A stretch of 32,000 nucleotides of DNA from an archaeon (GCA_024275415.1 JAJRZD010000042.1:39492-71491); one strand, 5' to 3'; positions 1 to 10,027 are shown, counted from the stretch's first letter. The notes: generated by a model from the letters alone, not told the origin. Numbers and translations: made by a program.

Positions 1-607
1 CATCAAGGGTCATCCCATGTGCGACAGCAACAGATATCCTCTTTGGGTCGGGTTTCTGGCAGGTCATGATCCAGTCATGGTATTCTTCCAGAAGATTAGA
101 AGATTCGAGGACATGCTTGTCTATGAAGGGGTAACAGAACACATCAAGACTCTCAAAGGTACGTACGACAGGCTTTTCGCTAACTATTGCCCTCTTTAGT
201 TCCTGTTGCGTAACAACATGAAGACCAGGTACAGCCATCTGAAGTCCGTCCAACAGGGAAACGTCCCAGTTGCGATATAGGCCGTGATTCCCCTCGATAA
301 TTAGAACTGGGATTCCTGTGGACTCGATAAAATCCTTTAGGACAGAGATAGCTACTTCTTGGGATACAACAGGGGGTTGAAGTGGATTGCCCTCCCAAGG
401 CGAATTGTAAAGGTCTCCAGAATGGATGACAATGTCGACTCTTGGCTCAAGTTGTGATATGATCTTGAACAGCTCGGCAAAACGCTCATAGAAGTCGTTC
501 TCAAGCAGCTGGGTTCTCATCTCAATGCCCCACACATTCTGCCTGATGCCATCTCTGGGTCTGGTTCCAAGATGAGTATCCGAGATATGAGCGATTCGTA
601 CTTGCAT
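1..607 (-). CDS. mre11: Mre11/SbcD-family DNA repair exonuclease (3'-truncated by the window edge; missing from the ORF track)
   Basis: Manual translation from ATG at 607: MQVRIAHISDTHLG...IVIHSGDLY...LIIEGNHG...VAVAHG, i.e. calcineurin-like phosphoesterase motifs I-IV. Open to the window edge; starts 11 nt after the herA stop. Confidence 0.88.
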   Translation of the reverse strand, partial: MQVRIAHISDTHLGTRPRDGIRQNVWGIEMRTQLLENDFYERFAELFKIISQLEPRVDIVIHSGDLYNSPWEGNPLQPPVVSQEVAISVLKDFIESTGIPVLIIEGNHGLYRNWDVSLLDGLQMAVPGLHVVTQQELKRAIVSEKPVVRTFESLDVFCYPFIDKHVLESSNLLEEYHDWIMTCQKPDPKRISVAVAHGMTLD

Positions 608-618
608 TCAAACTGACC

Positions 619-2382
619 TCAAATGACATGTTTCTCCTTTTTCTTCTTTGTACCTTTCGACGCATACCGTTCTTTGTCTTTCTTGAAGATTTTGTCAAAT
701 TTGGGAATCTTTACAGGTAGAGGCAGTTCCCGGTAAGAAGCGGTCACTATCGCCTCCCCACGGGACATCACGTGGAACTCCTCCTCAAACCCTGAGATAT
801 TCACACTTGCATTTTCAATACAAGCACGAATCTCTTTCTCATTCCCAAGACGTAGATTAATCTCTGTATTCATCTGTGAAAGAATCACATTGTCCAAGAC
901 GCTGACCTGCTGACTGACTACAAGAAGTCCGATATGGAACTTTCGTCCCTGTCTTGAGATGTCCTTGAAGACCGATTGTCCTCGCATCAGCTCAGGGTTC
1001 AAGATGGAGGGTGCTTCTTCCACAGTGATTAGGATTACTGGAAGGTCTCGTGGATCCTTTGTAGGCGAGCTATCATTATTCCCAGATGCCCCATAGAAGC
1101 TTCGTGCTTTAGCCTTGATGCGACTAAAGAAGGGCCTTGGGAGCCTTATCTCAGCTTGTCTGTCAAAGTCGCCAAGAGTGCCACTGCTTTTCAACGCCCT
1201 GCGCAAGTCCGAGAGCGTCCTAGTCACAATCGTGGTCAGGAGGAACTGCTCTCTGTCACTCATCAGACTTGTATTGACCACAAGGATGCGTCCGGTTTCC
1301 ATTGCCTCAAAGATATGGTCAAGAACCGATGAACATTGCTCCTCAAAGATAGGACTTCGTTCTAGGAACCGGAGCCGTCGCTGTACTGCTCTGAGTGTGC
1401 CAACAGGAGTGCCATGTGGGTCTCCGTCCATTGACAAGATATCGGATATCCAATTCTCGCGAGCAGAACCATATACAGCATCTATAAACGATGCCATCGG
1501 TGGGGAGAACTCCATAATGGAGTACAGGTCACGGGGCAAAATCTCATCCCATCGTATGCGAATGTCTTTGCCATATCTCTGTATTTCCCTTGGTGTTGCG
1601 GAAAGGGATGTTGTTAGATAATAGAAATTACCAAGCACTTGTTGACGTGTGGTGGCATCCATCATCTCGACAATATCTTGGATACCGTACGTATCAGTGC
1701 CCTTCGCAAACTCATCATGAGGATCGATGCAAAAGGCAGACACCTTGCAGGCGTCATTCAACTGACCTTGGTTGATGGCAAGATTCGTGTCAATCATCGA
1801 CTTGATTAGAACCATCATCAGATTGCTTTTTCCAGAACCTGTCGAACCAAAGATTCCAAGGTGCATTGGAAAGAACTTCGTAGGAATCATAATGGGGACA
1901 TCGAGTGAATCCTCTCCAATTTGGAGGTCGCCTACGTAAATCTCACCACCTATCTGGTCTTCAAGCATTTGTTGGACATTTGAGTCTGAAGTGCCAGGAC
2001 GCGGACGATATACATCTGCAAGATGGTCTGGAAGTCTGCGCGGAGAATGGAATTTCCATGTGCCATCGTCCTTTTCCGCATAGCCAAGCATCTTGCCTGC
2101 GACGTAGAGGAGCATGTTTCGCTCAATGCCCGAAAGATACGAGTCACCCTCTACCATCAATGTGCTAGCGATCTGAGCCATATCATCAATCTGTCGCAAA
2201 TAGTTCTCAAGACCTAGAACCCTAAAGAAGAAGACACGTTCGTGCCCATCGCGACAGCTGTAGATCAGGAAAATCTCACCCACACTGACATCGCGGTTAT
2301 TCCCCATGATGCCGAGCAGGGTCTGGTTTCCAACACCAACCTTGCCATAGAGTTCACCAAGTTCGTCCTTTTTCAATGTCAT
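619..2382 (-). CDS. herA: HerA-family bipolar DNA helicase/ATPase
   Basis: N-terminal HAS-like barrel, HLGIFGSTGSGKSN (Walker A), IDPHDEF, ITVEEAP (Walker B), SRQGRKFHIGLLVVSQ (arginine-finger motif); lies between nurA and mre11. Confidence 0.9.
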   Translation of the reverse strand: MTLKKDELGELYGKVGVGNQTLLGIMGNNRDVSVGEIFLIYSCRDGHERVFFFRVLGLENYLRQIDDMAQIASTLMVEGDSYLSGIERNMLLYVAGKMLGYAEKDDGTWKFHSPRRLPDHLADVYRPRPGTSDSNVQQMLEDQIGGEIYVGDLQIGEDSLDVPIMIPTKFFPMHLGIFGSTGSGKSNLMMVLIKSMIDTNLAINQGQLNDACKVSAFCIDPHDEFAKGTDTYGIQDIVEMMDATTRQQVLGNFYYLTTSLSATPREIQRYGKDIRIRWDEILPRDLYSIMEFSPPMASFIDAVYGSARENWISDILSMDGDPHGTPVGTLRAVQRRLRFLERSPIFEEQCSSVLDHIFEAMETGRILVVNTSLMSDREQFLLTTIVTRTLSDLRRALKSSGTLGDFDRQAEIRLPRPFFSRIKAKARSFYGASGNNDSSPTKDPRDLPVILITVEEAPSILNPELMRGQSVFKDISRQGRKFHIGLLVVSQQVSVLDNVILSQMNTEINLRLGNEKEIRACIENASVNISGFEEEFHVMSRGEAIVTASYRELPLPVKIPKFDKIFKKDKERYASKGTKKKKEKHVI

Positions 2383-2398
2383 CAGATTTCCTCCGTGT

Positions 2399-3742
2399 TC
2401 ATACTCCTAAATCATCTCGTAATGGGTTGATTCGCTTAGGGTCATACCCCAGCTCGTGATACACATCTTTTGCAATCGCACGCGCTAGACGTACATCCTC
2501 ATAACTGACCCGACATGCCTCATGTGCCAGAGCAAGCGCCACTGGATATCCATAGTATCGTGCATCCCTAGAAATGAATTCCAGTTCTGAGAAGAGCCTG
2601 ATCTCATTCTCCCGAGTTGTTTCCGGGTCATTTGGCACGAAGATATTCTCCAACCACCAGACCCTGTCAAAGTCAATCCTTGAGGGTCTGTTGTCGCTGG
2701 AAAAACTGAAGAGATAGGGCACTGCAAGGACAGGAGGGATATATGTGCGATCCTCATAGATATGAAGACCACCGCCTGGTTCATGTTTGCTGGGAAGCAG
2801 GCAGAACCATTTCATGCCATCACCAAACTTCTCATTTGCCATCTTAGCGATTCTATGAGCAAATGGAATAGTATGATTCTTGCTTACTGCTGCCAGTGTC
2901 ACTCCGTTCTTTCGTGCTAATTGACACAGCTCTCTAAGGATGAACCCGCTAGGCATTGAGGGATACTTCCGTACGAAATGCAAGAAGATAGAAAGAGCGC
3001 CATCAAGCAGCAGGTATTTGGGCCTCAACTTGCTAGTCAGTATGTTTCGAGCCGCTGCATATTCCATGACAACCCTGAGTTCATCATGGACAATTGGGTT
3101 TGTGAGAAGCTGTTCGCGAGATATCAACCCTTCCATACTTTTCAGGTCTGGGACATATTTGTGATACTCGACCGATTTGACAAGATCCTTCAGACTACTA
3201 ATACTCCCATTCGTATGGTCAATGAAGAACGGAAGCACGACCTCAGAAATGTCATTGATCGGATATATCTGCTCCAATGACTCAGCTAACTTCTTCTTGG
3301 CATCACCACGGACACCTGTGTGCCAATGTAGCTCGAGGAGAGGTTGTTCGCCGAGTTCTGCCTCTATAACGGGCCTATCTAGAGGTTCGAGCAAACGACC
3401 TGTGCGAGTTCCAGTAGATAGAACTATTGTGGCCGAACTTAGAAGATGAACGCGGATATCATCAAGGGTTGTCAGATCGGGTGTGCCAGACCCGTCAATT
3501 GCGGCGACAAGAAAATCTTCATCAATCTGTGGGTTCTTTGGGTAGCAATCAATTTGTGTAAGAAGGTCGTTCATAATTCGTCGCTTGTCTTTCGCAAACT
3601 CCTCCTCAGTTCGCTTATCCTGTTGATTCTTGATATCCTTGAAGGTATACTCCAGTTTCTTCCGGAAGTCCTCTGTAAGGATTCGTTCTAGCATGATACC
3701 CCTCTTTGTCAGTTTAAGAATAAGAAAGCTGATAGCTTTCAT
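2399..3742 (-). CDS. nurA: NurA-family 5'-3' nuclease
   Basis: VAAIDGSG, LLLDGAL and C-terminal YGYPVALALAHE motifs; directly upstream of herA. Alternative start at ATG 3694, which follows a GAGGGG SD-like motif. Confidence 0.88.
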   Translation of the reverse strand: MKAISFLILKLTKRGIMLERILTEDFRKKLEYTFKDIKNQQDKRTEEEFAKDKRRIMNDLLTQIDCYPKNPQIDEDFLVAAIDGSGTPDLTTLDDIRVHLLSSATIVLSTGTRTGRLLEPLDRPVIEAELGEQPLLELHWHTGVRGDAKKKLAESLEQIYPINDISEVVLPFFIDHTNGSISSLKDLVKSVEYHKYVPDLKSMEGLISREQLLTNPIVHDELRVVMEYAAARNILTSKLRPKYLLLDGALSIFLHFVRKYPSMPSGFILRELCQLARKNGVTLAAVSKNHTIPFAHRIAKMANEKFGDGMKWFCLLPSKHEPGGGLHIYEDRTYIPPVLAVPYLFSFSSDNRPSRIDFDRVWWLENIFVPNDPETTRENEIRLFSELEFISRDARYYGYPVALALAHEACRVSYEDVRLARAIAKDVYHELGYDPKRINPLRDDLGV

Positions 3743-3925
3743 AACAACTTACGGACTAGATAATAAAAACATAGCACTCGGAATAGTCGAGAGAAGGGAT
3801 TGATTCAAACCGTCGTCGGTGCATTGGATGCAGTGGAAAAGCGAATTGAAACCTGTTTTTGTCTGTCGATGGCAAATTACTTTTTAAGAAACGAATCAAT
3901 GAAGAAGCAATAGCGCATATCTGAC

Positions 3926-4657
3926 TTGTCGCTGTCAGAAGGGACTATGGGAAGTGGTTCATTGCTTAAAATGACTTACATGGGTCATACGACTTTCAGG
4001 TTTGAAACGGATGAAGTATCACTACTTGTCAACCCAGGAATCTGGGATGACGAGCCAGTTGTTCCTGCTGACCATGATGTAAGAGTCATTGCAGTGACAA
4101 ATCATGTGAATGATGCATTGGGCAATGCCACAGAGATTGCAGAAAATGCAAAGGCTTGGATACTCGGAAATGAAGCTACGATTCAGAAGGCACAGGCTCA
4201 AGGAGGGAAGCCGTGGCTACTCCATGTACTGCGATCGGAAACACCCTATGAGATTCCTGGGATGAAACTCACTCCTTTCTCACTCTCGAGGAACGATATT
4301 GAGAGAGGCGGGCGTTTCGAGAATCTCGGGTTCTATATCGAGATGGGAAAGATGAAAATTGCATACTTGGGTGATACCGTGGTAAGAGGTCCGTTCGGCC
4401 AACTTGAGATCGATATCATGATCACCCCGATTGGGGGGAATGATGTCTTCGAAGTGAAGGATGCCACAAGCCTGTGTATCGATGCAAAGCCAAGAGTCGT
4501 CTTCCCGATGAGATGGACCTCACCTGAACAACCAAAGAAGTTCATGCGCTATATTGACCAGTTCGGTCAAGGTACAAACGCCCTTGTTCTTGAACCGGGA
4601 CAAGTGTTTCAGGCGGAATGGGCTGCCGGAAACGAATTCAGATACAAGGTAGACTGA
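3926..4657 (+). CDS. Metallo-beta-lactamase-fold protein (UPF0173/UlaG-like) with degenerate metal motif
   Basis: KMTYMGHTTF start, YLGDT, DIMITPIGG and VVFPM match the family. HxHxDH reads TNHVNDA. Start may be ATG 3947. Confidence 0.75.
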   Translation: MSLSEGTMGSGSLLKMTYMGHTTFRFETDEVSLLVNPGIWDDEPVVPADHDVRVIAVTNHVNDALGNATEIAENAKAWILGNEATIQKAQAQGGKPWLLHVLRSETPYEIPGMKLTPFSLSRNDIERGGRFENLGFYIEMGKMKIAYLGDTVVRGPFGQLEIDIMITPIGGNDVFEVKDATSLCIDAKPRVVFPMRWTSPEQPKKFMRYIDQFGQGTNALVLEPGQVFQAEWAAGNEFRYKVD

Positions 4658-4729
4658 TATTATCAAATCCCGTTATCTAGATGACCAAACCATCATCTGG
4701 ACAAGCATAGGATAAGAAGGTGACTCCTG

Positions 4730-6511
4730 TTGAGTGAACACAAATCGATAATAATTGATCTGGAAGAAACCGAAATAGCGAATCTCAGTGAGTTTGGAGA
4801 TCTATCGACAATCAAAACCACTGGCATATTGAGTGTGAACAATGTTTCGGAACGATGTAGGGTCTGGAACGTCAGGGTTTTGGTGCCTGATGAACGTGAG
4901 GGCACAGATATCCAAGAAGACACTCTTATTGCAGGGGAAATAGAAGCCGGTGGAAAATGGGAACACGCCTACACTGTAGATGTGAGTGCACCCATAGTCA
5001 CGCTCACCGAAACGTATGATACATGTAGTGACTTTGGAGGTGATCTGCCGAATTGGGCATATGTCCACGGAAAAGAAACCAAAGTGAAGGTCACTCTGCA
5101 TCTGAAAAATGAAACAGATGCCCAGCTTGAGAATGTTATTTTAAACAAGACCATTCCTCCAGAGCTAACGAATGTCGAGATATCAAGTGTGAAGTCCGGC
5201 AACGCAGAGTATGATGAAGGAACCAGACAAGTGGTTTGGAGAGATCTGGTGATATATCCCAATGAAGAATCCACATTGGTATTGACAGGGATTAGTCGTG
5301 TGGATGATGTTGAGATCAGAAATGCCGGAGAGATTGTCGTTACCTACAAAGCGGAGAACCTTCAGAGATCATCACTCAAACCAGATATGACTGCCCTGAC
5401 CGAGTTCCTGACAGGAATAGAAACAGCCGAAACCGAGCCAAACGAGTGGGAGTGTACCTTAGAATGCTCAAACGAAAGCGACCTCATGGTCAGGCTTGAT
5501 AAAGCAGAGGTCTACCTGATTCCCGAGGATGGAGGCGAGAAAGTAAAGAAAATCGAGGAAGCCCCCGCATTGGAGATGATCCCTGGTCAAGAATGGTCTT
5601 CGACTTTTGAGGTCAGCAGCAAGTCACCACCAAAATGCACTCAAGAAGTGATATACACGCCCATGAATAGAGTCACTTCGCGTGTCATTGGAACCATTGA
5701 GAAGGCAGGTCAACCAATACCTGTTGCACATATCACATATACGAAGGTGTTCGATCCTCCCGAGGTGAACAGCTTTGACAAGACACCTGTCGAAGTTGAT
5801 ATCGAGGTGAAGAATGCAGGAACAGCCAAGCTGAATTCCATCAAAATCGTCGATAAATTACCTGACGATGTGATGCCTCCCAAGACAGAACATGTTTCTA
5901 TCTGGGTACGGGGCGAAGAATACACAGGCGAATTCAAAGTCACAGTTGATCCGGACGACCAAAATCCCGAAACCCCACATACAATGACATTTGAGATACT
6001 AAACCTAAAAGATACCGTAGGCGAGCTGGAGCCTGGCGAGTCGGTGAAAGTGAATTATGCGATTATGGCATGGAGAAGCAGACCTGAGAAGGAGTACCCG
6101 AGCCCTATCGAGATTTATGCAAATACTCATCCTGAAGGAGTCACCGCGGACGCCATCAGCGAGCCTGACACGCACAAGATCGGGATTCTCTATAAGAAGC
6201 GGAGGATTTCCGTAAAGAAGGCCATCAACAAGGGAGCGAACGCAGGAGAATACATCATCTTGTTGGTGGTCGAAAACAAGGGTGAGGTGACAGTCGAGAA
6301 TGTTAAGGTCACTGATTGGATTCCATCCGCTTTTGAATATGTTTCGACTGACCCGATGGAGGAAGAGCCGAGTGTGACCGAGGTCGAGGACTGCTCGGCC
6401 ATGACATGGATTTGGACAAGGATGAACCCTGGAGATCAAAAGAAGCTACGGGTTTCGGTGAAAGGCGAAGGGGAATACGAACGCAGAGAGCCCGAAGTCG
6501 TATCAGACTGA
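4730..6511 (+). CDS. Acidic multi-beta-sandwich protein: N-terminal mu-homology-domain (adaptin mu/delta-COP)-like region plus DUF11-like Ig domains
   Basis: 593 aa with no signal peptide or TM segment. Repeated 'V.N.G...+.NV.+.D.+P' DUF11-type strands. By-eye alignment to the mu-adaptin C-terminal domain (see findings). The CDS is confident; the domain call is inference. Confidence 0.6.
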   Translation: MSEHKSIIIDLEETEIANLSEFGDLSTIKTTGILSVNNVSERCRVWNVRVLVPDEREGTDIQEDTLIAGEIEAGGKWEHAYTVDVSAPIVTLTETYDTCSDFGGDLPNWAYVHGKETKVKVTLHLKNETDAQLENVILNKTIPPELTNVEISSVKSGNAEYDEGTRQVVWRDLVIYPNEESTLVLTGISRVDDVEIRNAGEIVVTYKAENLQRSSLKPDMTALTEFLTGIETAETEPNEWECTLECSNESDLMVRLDKAEVYLIPEDGGEKVKKIEEAPALEMIPGQEWSSTFEVSSKSPPKCTQEVIYTPMNRVTSRVIGTIEKAGQPIPVAHITYTKVFDPPEVNSFDKTPVEVDIEVKNAGTAKLNSIKIVDKLPDDVMPPKTEHVSIWVRGEEYTGEFKVTVDPDDQNPETPHTMTFEILNLKDTVGELEPGESVKVNYAIMAWRSRPEKEYPSPIEIYANTHPEGVTADAISEPDTHKIGILYKKRRISVKKAINKGANAGEYIILLVVENKGEVTVENVKVTDWIPSAFEYVSTDPMEEEPSVTEVEDCSAMTWIWTRMNPGDQKKLRVSVKGEGEYERREPEVVSD

Positions 6512-6520
6512 ATGTGAAGA

Positions 6521-6544
6521 AAGGGAGCTATGTATCGCTCCCTT
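6521..6544. terminator. Hairpin between convergent genes (possible bidirectional terminator)
   Basis: AAGGGAGC-(8 nt)-GCTCCCTT perfect 8-bp inverted repeat between the stops at 6511 and 6567, with T-rich sequence downstream. Confidence 0.45.
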
Positions 6545-6566
6545 CATGTTTCTTTGTTCCGCTGAA

Positions 6567-6932
6567 TTATGAAACAGTTTCTTCTTTTTCTATTTCTTGT
6601 AGCTCTTCTTCGATTTTCTTCAATTCTTCATCAATTACGTCCAGTGGCACAAAATCCCCAACCTCATCAGCAGGATGCGTGGCCAACGTGTAATGTACAT
6701 TGAATCCGGATAGTGTTTCGTGGAGAGCATTGGCAGTTTCAAGGATGGCAGTGGTCAAATCAGCACCACTCATTTCTCTTGTCGAATCATGATAGTACAC
6801 AAAATCGTAAGCTCCACGCACGAGTGTGAATCCCATCTCGAGCAGTTTCTTGATTATTATGGCAGGGGACGCACCCTCGCTACTAAACCAGATTGATACG
6901 CGTGTCACGTATGACATATCTTCAGACCTCAT
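6567..6932 (-). CDS. Small hypothetical protein of archaeal type with acidic coiled-coil tail
   Basis: SIWFSSEGASP...GF...GAYDFVY pattern resembles a small archaeal hypothetical family (recalled, not searched). Last gene of the helicase-arcS-raSEA run; likely start ATG 6917. Confidence 0.7.
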   Translation of the reverse strand: MRSEDMSYVTRVSIWFSSEGASPAIIIKKLLEMGFTLVRGAYDFVYYHDSTREMSGADLTTAILETANALHETLSGFNVHYTLATHPADEVGDFVPLDVIDEELKKIEEELQEIEKEETVS

Positions 6933-6953
6933 TATCTAAGTAAAGGAACGCCA

Positions 6954-8090
6954 TTATGCTTTCGCTATAAGGCTTTTCAAGCGGTCTTTATGCCTATCAG
7001 TATGCACCAGTGATGAGAATTCCTCATGCTGAATGACATGTTCCCACTGCAACAGGCAATCACAGGACAGGTCATCAAGTACCGCGACTGATTGGGACAA
7101 CGAGAATGACTTGATCGAGTCTGCGATGATATTGTCGCATTTCCCGCAGTTGTGGACACCTCGCGATTTGCCTACGGCGACAGGGTCGCATATGATATTG
7201 ATGTTCGAATCAATCTCTTTACGGGCACGTTTCAGGAGTTCCACTAGGCTCCACAACCAAGGCGGCCTGAATTCGCCTCGATGCCATAGCCTCTCAACAA
7301 GAGTGTGTTTCTGTATATTGACGGGGTTCACTGATACCGTTGTAACACCCATCCTTTCACAGTCGAGAACCGTCTGCAATGCGTCATCCAATGCAGTCTT
7401 TTCAGATAGAAATGGTGGCTTCAATAAGACGTATGCCCGAACACCAATATCATTTTCACGCGCAACCCGAGTCGCATCCATGAAGTCCTGCTTGCTGAAC
7501 CCCTTGTTGATGCACAGTCTTCTGATATTATCGTTGCTGCTCTCAAGTCCGATACCTATCTCCACTCTCCGAGTTCCAAGAGCCCTTCTCAATGCCTCCA
7601 TAGATTTGGATGTGACATAGTCTGGACGGGATTCGATAACTACTTCCGTGACACGCTCATCTTTTGCCAACAACAACAGTATCTCTTCTCGGACTGGAAT
7701 AGGAACCTCATCGGGATCCAAGAAACTTCCACTAGTATACAGCTTCACTGAGAGGGGAGCCTGTTTTTTTTCAAGTTTTGACATTGCATTCTGAAACTGC
7801 TTAATTATCTGTTCACCAGAGGGGGGCGTTTCAGAGCCATCTAAGAGATAGGAACACATCGTACAACCGCCAGAGATTCCTCGGGCATGGCTACATCCAA
7901 TTGTTGCCAACACAATCGAAAGGGCAGTCCCATCCGTTCCTCCAATGCGTGTGGTCGAGAGCCATGCTGCGGCAGGCTGAGATAGATCCTTGCTCTTCCT
8001 TCGTTTAATTGAGTCTTGCCGGGCATCCATTGATGCTCTGGCGATTGCTTCCTGTATCGATACTATATGGTCAGGGCACATAATCGTCAC
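6954..8090 (-). CDS. raSEA: Archaeosine biosynthesis radical SAM protein RaSEA
   Basis: GCSHARGISGGCTMCSY cluster motif, KLYTSGSFLD, IESRPDYV, IGLES, GEFRPPWLWSL, HNCGKCD; ATGA overlap with arcS. Confidence 0.92.
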   Translation of the reverse strand: MTIMCPDHIVSIQEAIARASMDARQDSIKRRKSKDLSQPAAAWLSTTRIGGTDGTALSIVLATIGCSHARGISGGCTMCSYLLDGSETPPSGEQIIKQFQNAMSKLEKKQAPLSVKLYTSGSFLDPDEVPIPVREEILLLLAKDERVTEVVIESRPDYVTSKSMEALRRALGTRRVEIGIGLESSNDNIRRLCINKGFSKQDFMDATRVARENDIGVRAYVLLKPPFLSEKTALDDALQTVLDCERMGVTTVSVNPVNIQKHTLVERLWHRGEFRPPWLWSLVELLKRARKEIDSNINIICDPVAVGKSRGVHNCGKCDNIIADSIKSFSLSQSVAVLDDLSCDCLLQWEHVIQHEEFSSLVHTDRHKDRLKSLIAKA

Positions 8091-10015
8091 TTCTCCTTGT
8101 GGCGGATTCGCACAGCAATCCCATTTGTGAAATCACACATCTCTTGTCCGCTCATCTCACTTCTGCCCACTCCAAGGACACGATCATTGGAATCAACCAC
8201 AATGACTTCGTCACCAGGGCGGATTGCTGTGTCTGCCGAACTCACACCCACTGCGAATATGGAACTCCCTTCAATTTGAGGGGCATCGAACCTGACCCAG
8301 TAACGGCCCAAAGATGCCAGTCTTTTACCACCCTCGAGGGTCAGGGACAGACGACCATTTATACCGGAGTACAGACAGGTTTGTGCATTACTGACTCGAC
8401 ATATTATAGAGCCATATACCTTCCCACGTACGCTCGCATCAGACGGCGCCAAACAATCTCCTGCACCCTCTCCAAACATGAAATCAGCAGTAGCCCGAAT
8501 CGTGTCCAGTAGAGTGCTGCGTTTTGGCAAGAGAGTGATGATGTCAAGCAAATCAGAGATGGTGTCTTTCAATGCTGCTAATGCAGTGTTACTTGTGGGG
8601 GATGCCTCGTGTGCTGTATAGATGATGCTTTGACGGATTTGAACCTCTGCTTGCCTGACGACATCAAGATAACCTCCTGATACATGAGCGATGACGACAA
8701 CAGACTCATCAAATTTGGAAAGATGCGTTACGAGAGCTTCAGCCGCAATCGTGGTTTCTTCAGCATCCCATTGCCCGGTCACTGGAATGTCATAATATCC
8801 GGCGGGGTAAATACGTTCCAGCTCTCTGGGAACCAGTCCCAATGGCGAAGTGATTATCGTTTCGGCCACAGCATCCCGTTTGTTACCAAGAATACGGTCA
8901 AGTACAGCGGAGAATCTACGATGTGACTTAGAGTCAGAATAGGGTTTTCTCGCAGAACAGGGGAACAATACGACTAGTTTCTTGTCATCAGAAGGCTTGT
9001 ATCTGCGGGCAACAAACTCTCTGAAACGAATGACTGTGGGTGAATAATATGATTCTGTGCCGATGAAAGGAATCTTCGTCCCGACGTGATTGGGGGTGAA
9101 CTCCTCAAGAAAAGAATACAGGGATGAATCGATTCTGCGAAGGAACGATGCTGCCTCTGGGCTTGCATGTGTCTTGGACTCCACAAACCACCGCAAGTTC
9201 CCATTGGCCGCAAAATGGATGGCTGAGGACAGTACCTGTGCATAGATGCTCGCATTGTGCTTCTCCAAGAGAGTTCGAGGGTCAGTGGATTCCTTCTCGG
9301 TTCCCATGCAATAGACACAGGAGCAATACCTCCGCTCGGATCCGAAACCTACAGGTTCTTCGTCCAGCCCCCACAGTCTGAGATTCCTACTGGCTGCTTC
9401 GAAGGCATATCCAAAATCGATCACATCGAACCCGACATAGTACAAGAGCGGGAGCATGGAAGGGGGAATTCGCCCTAGTGCAATACACAAGACATTACGC
9501 GGGAGCATGGATCGTAGAGTGAGATTTCTGAGGTCAGGTGGCCCATTCTCACCATTGAAAGTGAAGGCAACAACGGTAATCTCAGATGCTTTGATGAGTT
9601 CGACCAACGCATGCATGTCAGAATCGGAGATGTTAGACGGGATTCGGATAGCGAAACAAGAGCGGTCAGATTGGTCACCAGGGATTGCAGGCAATTGAGC
9701 CCGAACGTAGTTGATACCTATTTCAGATGGCATTGCAGAGAGTCCTGTCATAGATGGAAGTAGATAGATCATGTTTGCTCTTTTGATATCGTAAGAGATT
9801 GCTCCTTCTTGAAATAAAGAACCTGTGCTGCACATGTAGAACCCACTAGTAGATTCATTCAGGGCTGATACAGTGCAATACTGGATCTTAGAGTATGCCG
9901 AAGAAGCAGGTCCAAGTAATGCGGGAGTTTCTAGTCTTTCTTCTGCAAAGTGAAGAAATCCTCGTCTTGCCGGACCGTCATGACCTTTACGTATCATAAA
10001 GCGTACCAAAATCAA
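8087..10015 (-). CDS. arcS: Archaeosine synthase alpha subunit ArcS (TGT-like N-terminus, DUF5591, PUA)
   Basis: GFLHF...LETPALL TGT-like start, LFPCSARKPYSDSKSH, ITSPLGLVPRELE..YP..YYDIPVTG.W, C-terminal PUA (IRPGDEVIVV...GVGR); adjacent to raSEA. Confidence 0.92.
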   Translation of the reverse strand: MILVRFMIRKGHDGPARRGFLHFAEERLETPALLGPASSAYSKIQYCTVSALNESTSGFYMCSTGSLFQEGAISYDIKRANMIYLLPSMTGLSAMPSEIGINYVRAQLPAIPGDQSDRSCFAIRIPSNISDSDMHALVELIKASEITVVAFTFNGENGPPDLRNLTLRSMLPRNVLCIALGRIPPSMLPLLYYVGFDVIDFGYAFEAASRNLRLWGLDEEPVGFGSERRYCSCVYCMGTEKESTDPRTLLEKHNASIYAQVLSSAIHFAANGNLRWFVESKTHASPEAASFLRRIDSSLYSFLEEFTPNHVGTKIPFIGTESYYSPTVIRFREFVARRYKPSDDKKLVVLFPCSARKPYSDSKSHRRFSAVLDRILGNKRDAVAETIITSPLGLVPRELERIYPAGYYDIPVTGQWDAEETTIAAEALVTHLSKFDESVVVIAHVSGGYLDVVRQAEVQIRQSIIYTAHEASPTSNTALAALKDTISDLLDIITLLPKRSTLLDTIRATADFMFGEGAGDCLAPSDASVRGKVYGSIICRVSNAQTCLYSGINGRLSLTLEGGKRLASLGRYWVRFDAPQIEGSSIFAVGVSSADTAIRPGDEVIVVDSNDRVLGVGRSEMSGQEMCDFTNGIAVRIRHKEK

Positions 10016-10027
10016 GTACCTCCGTTC

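Noticed and set aside
619-2382. HerA as part of an anti-phage system (HerA-DUF4297 or Sir2-HerA type)
   Set aside because: Its neighbours are NurA and Mre11, the housekeeping resection set.
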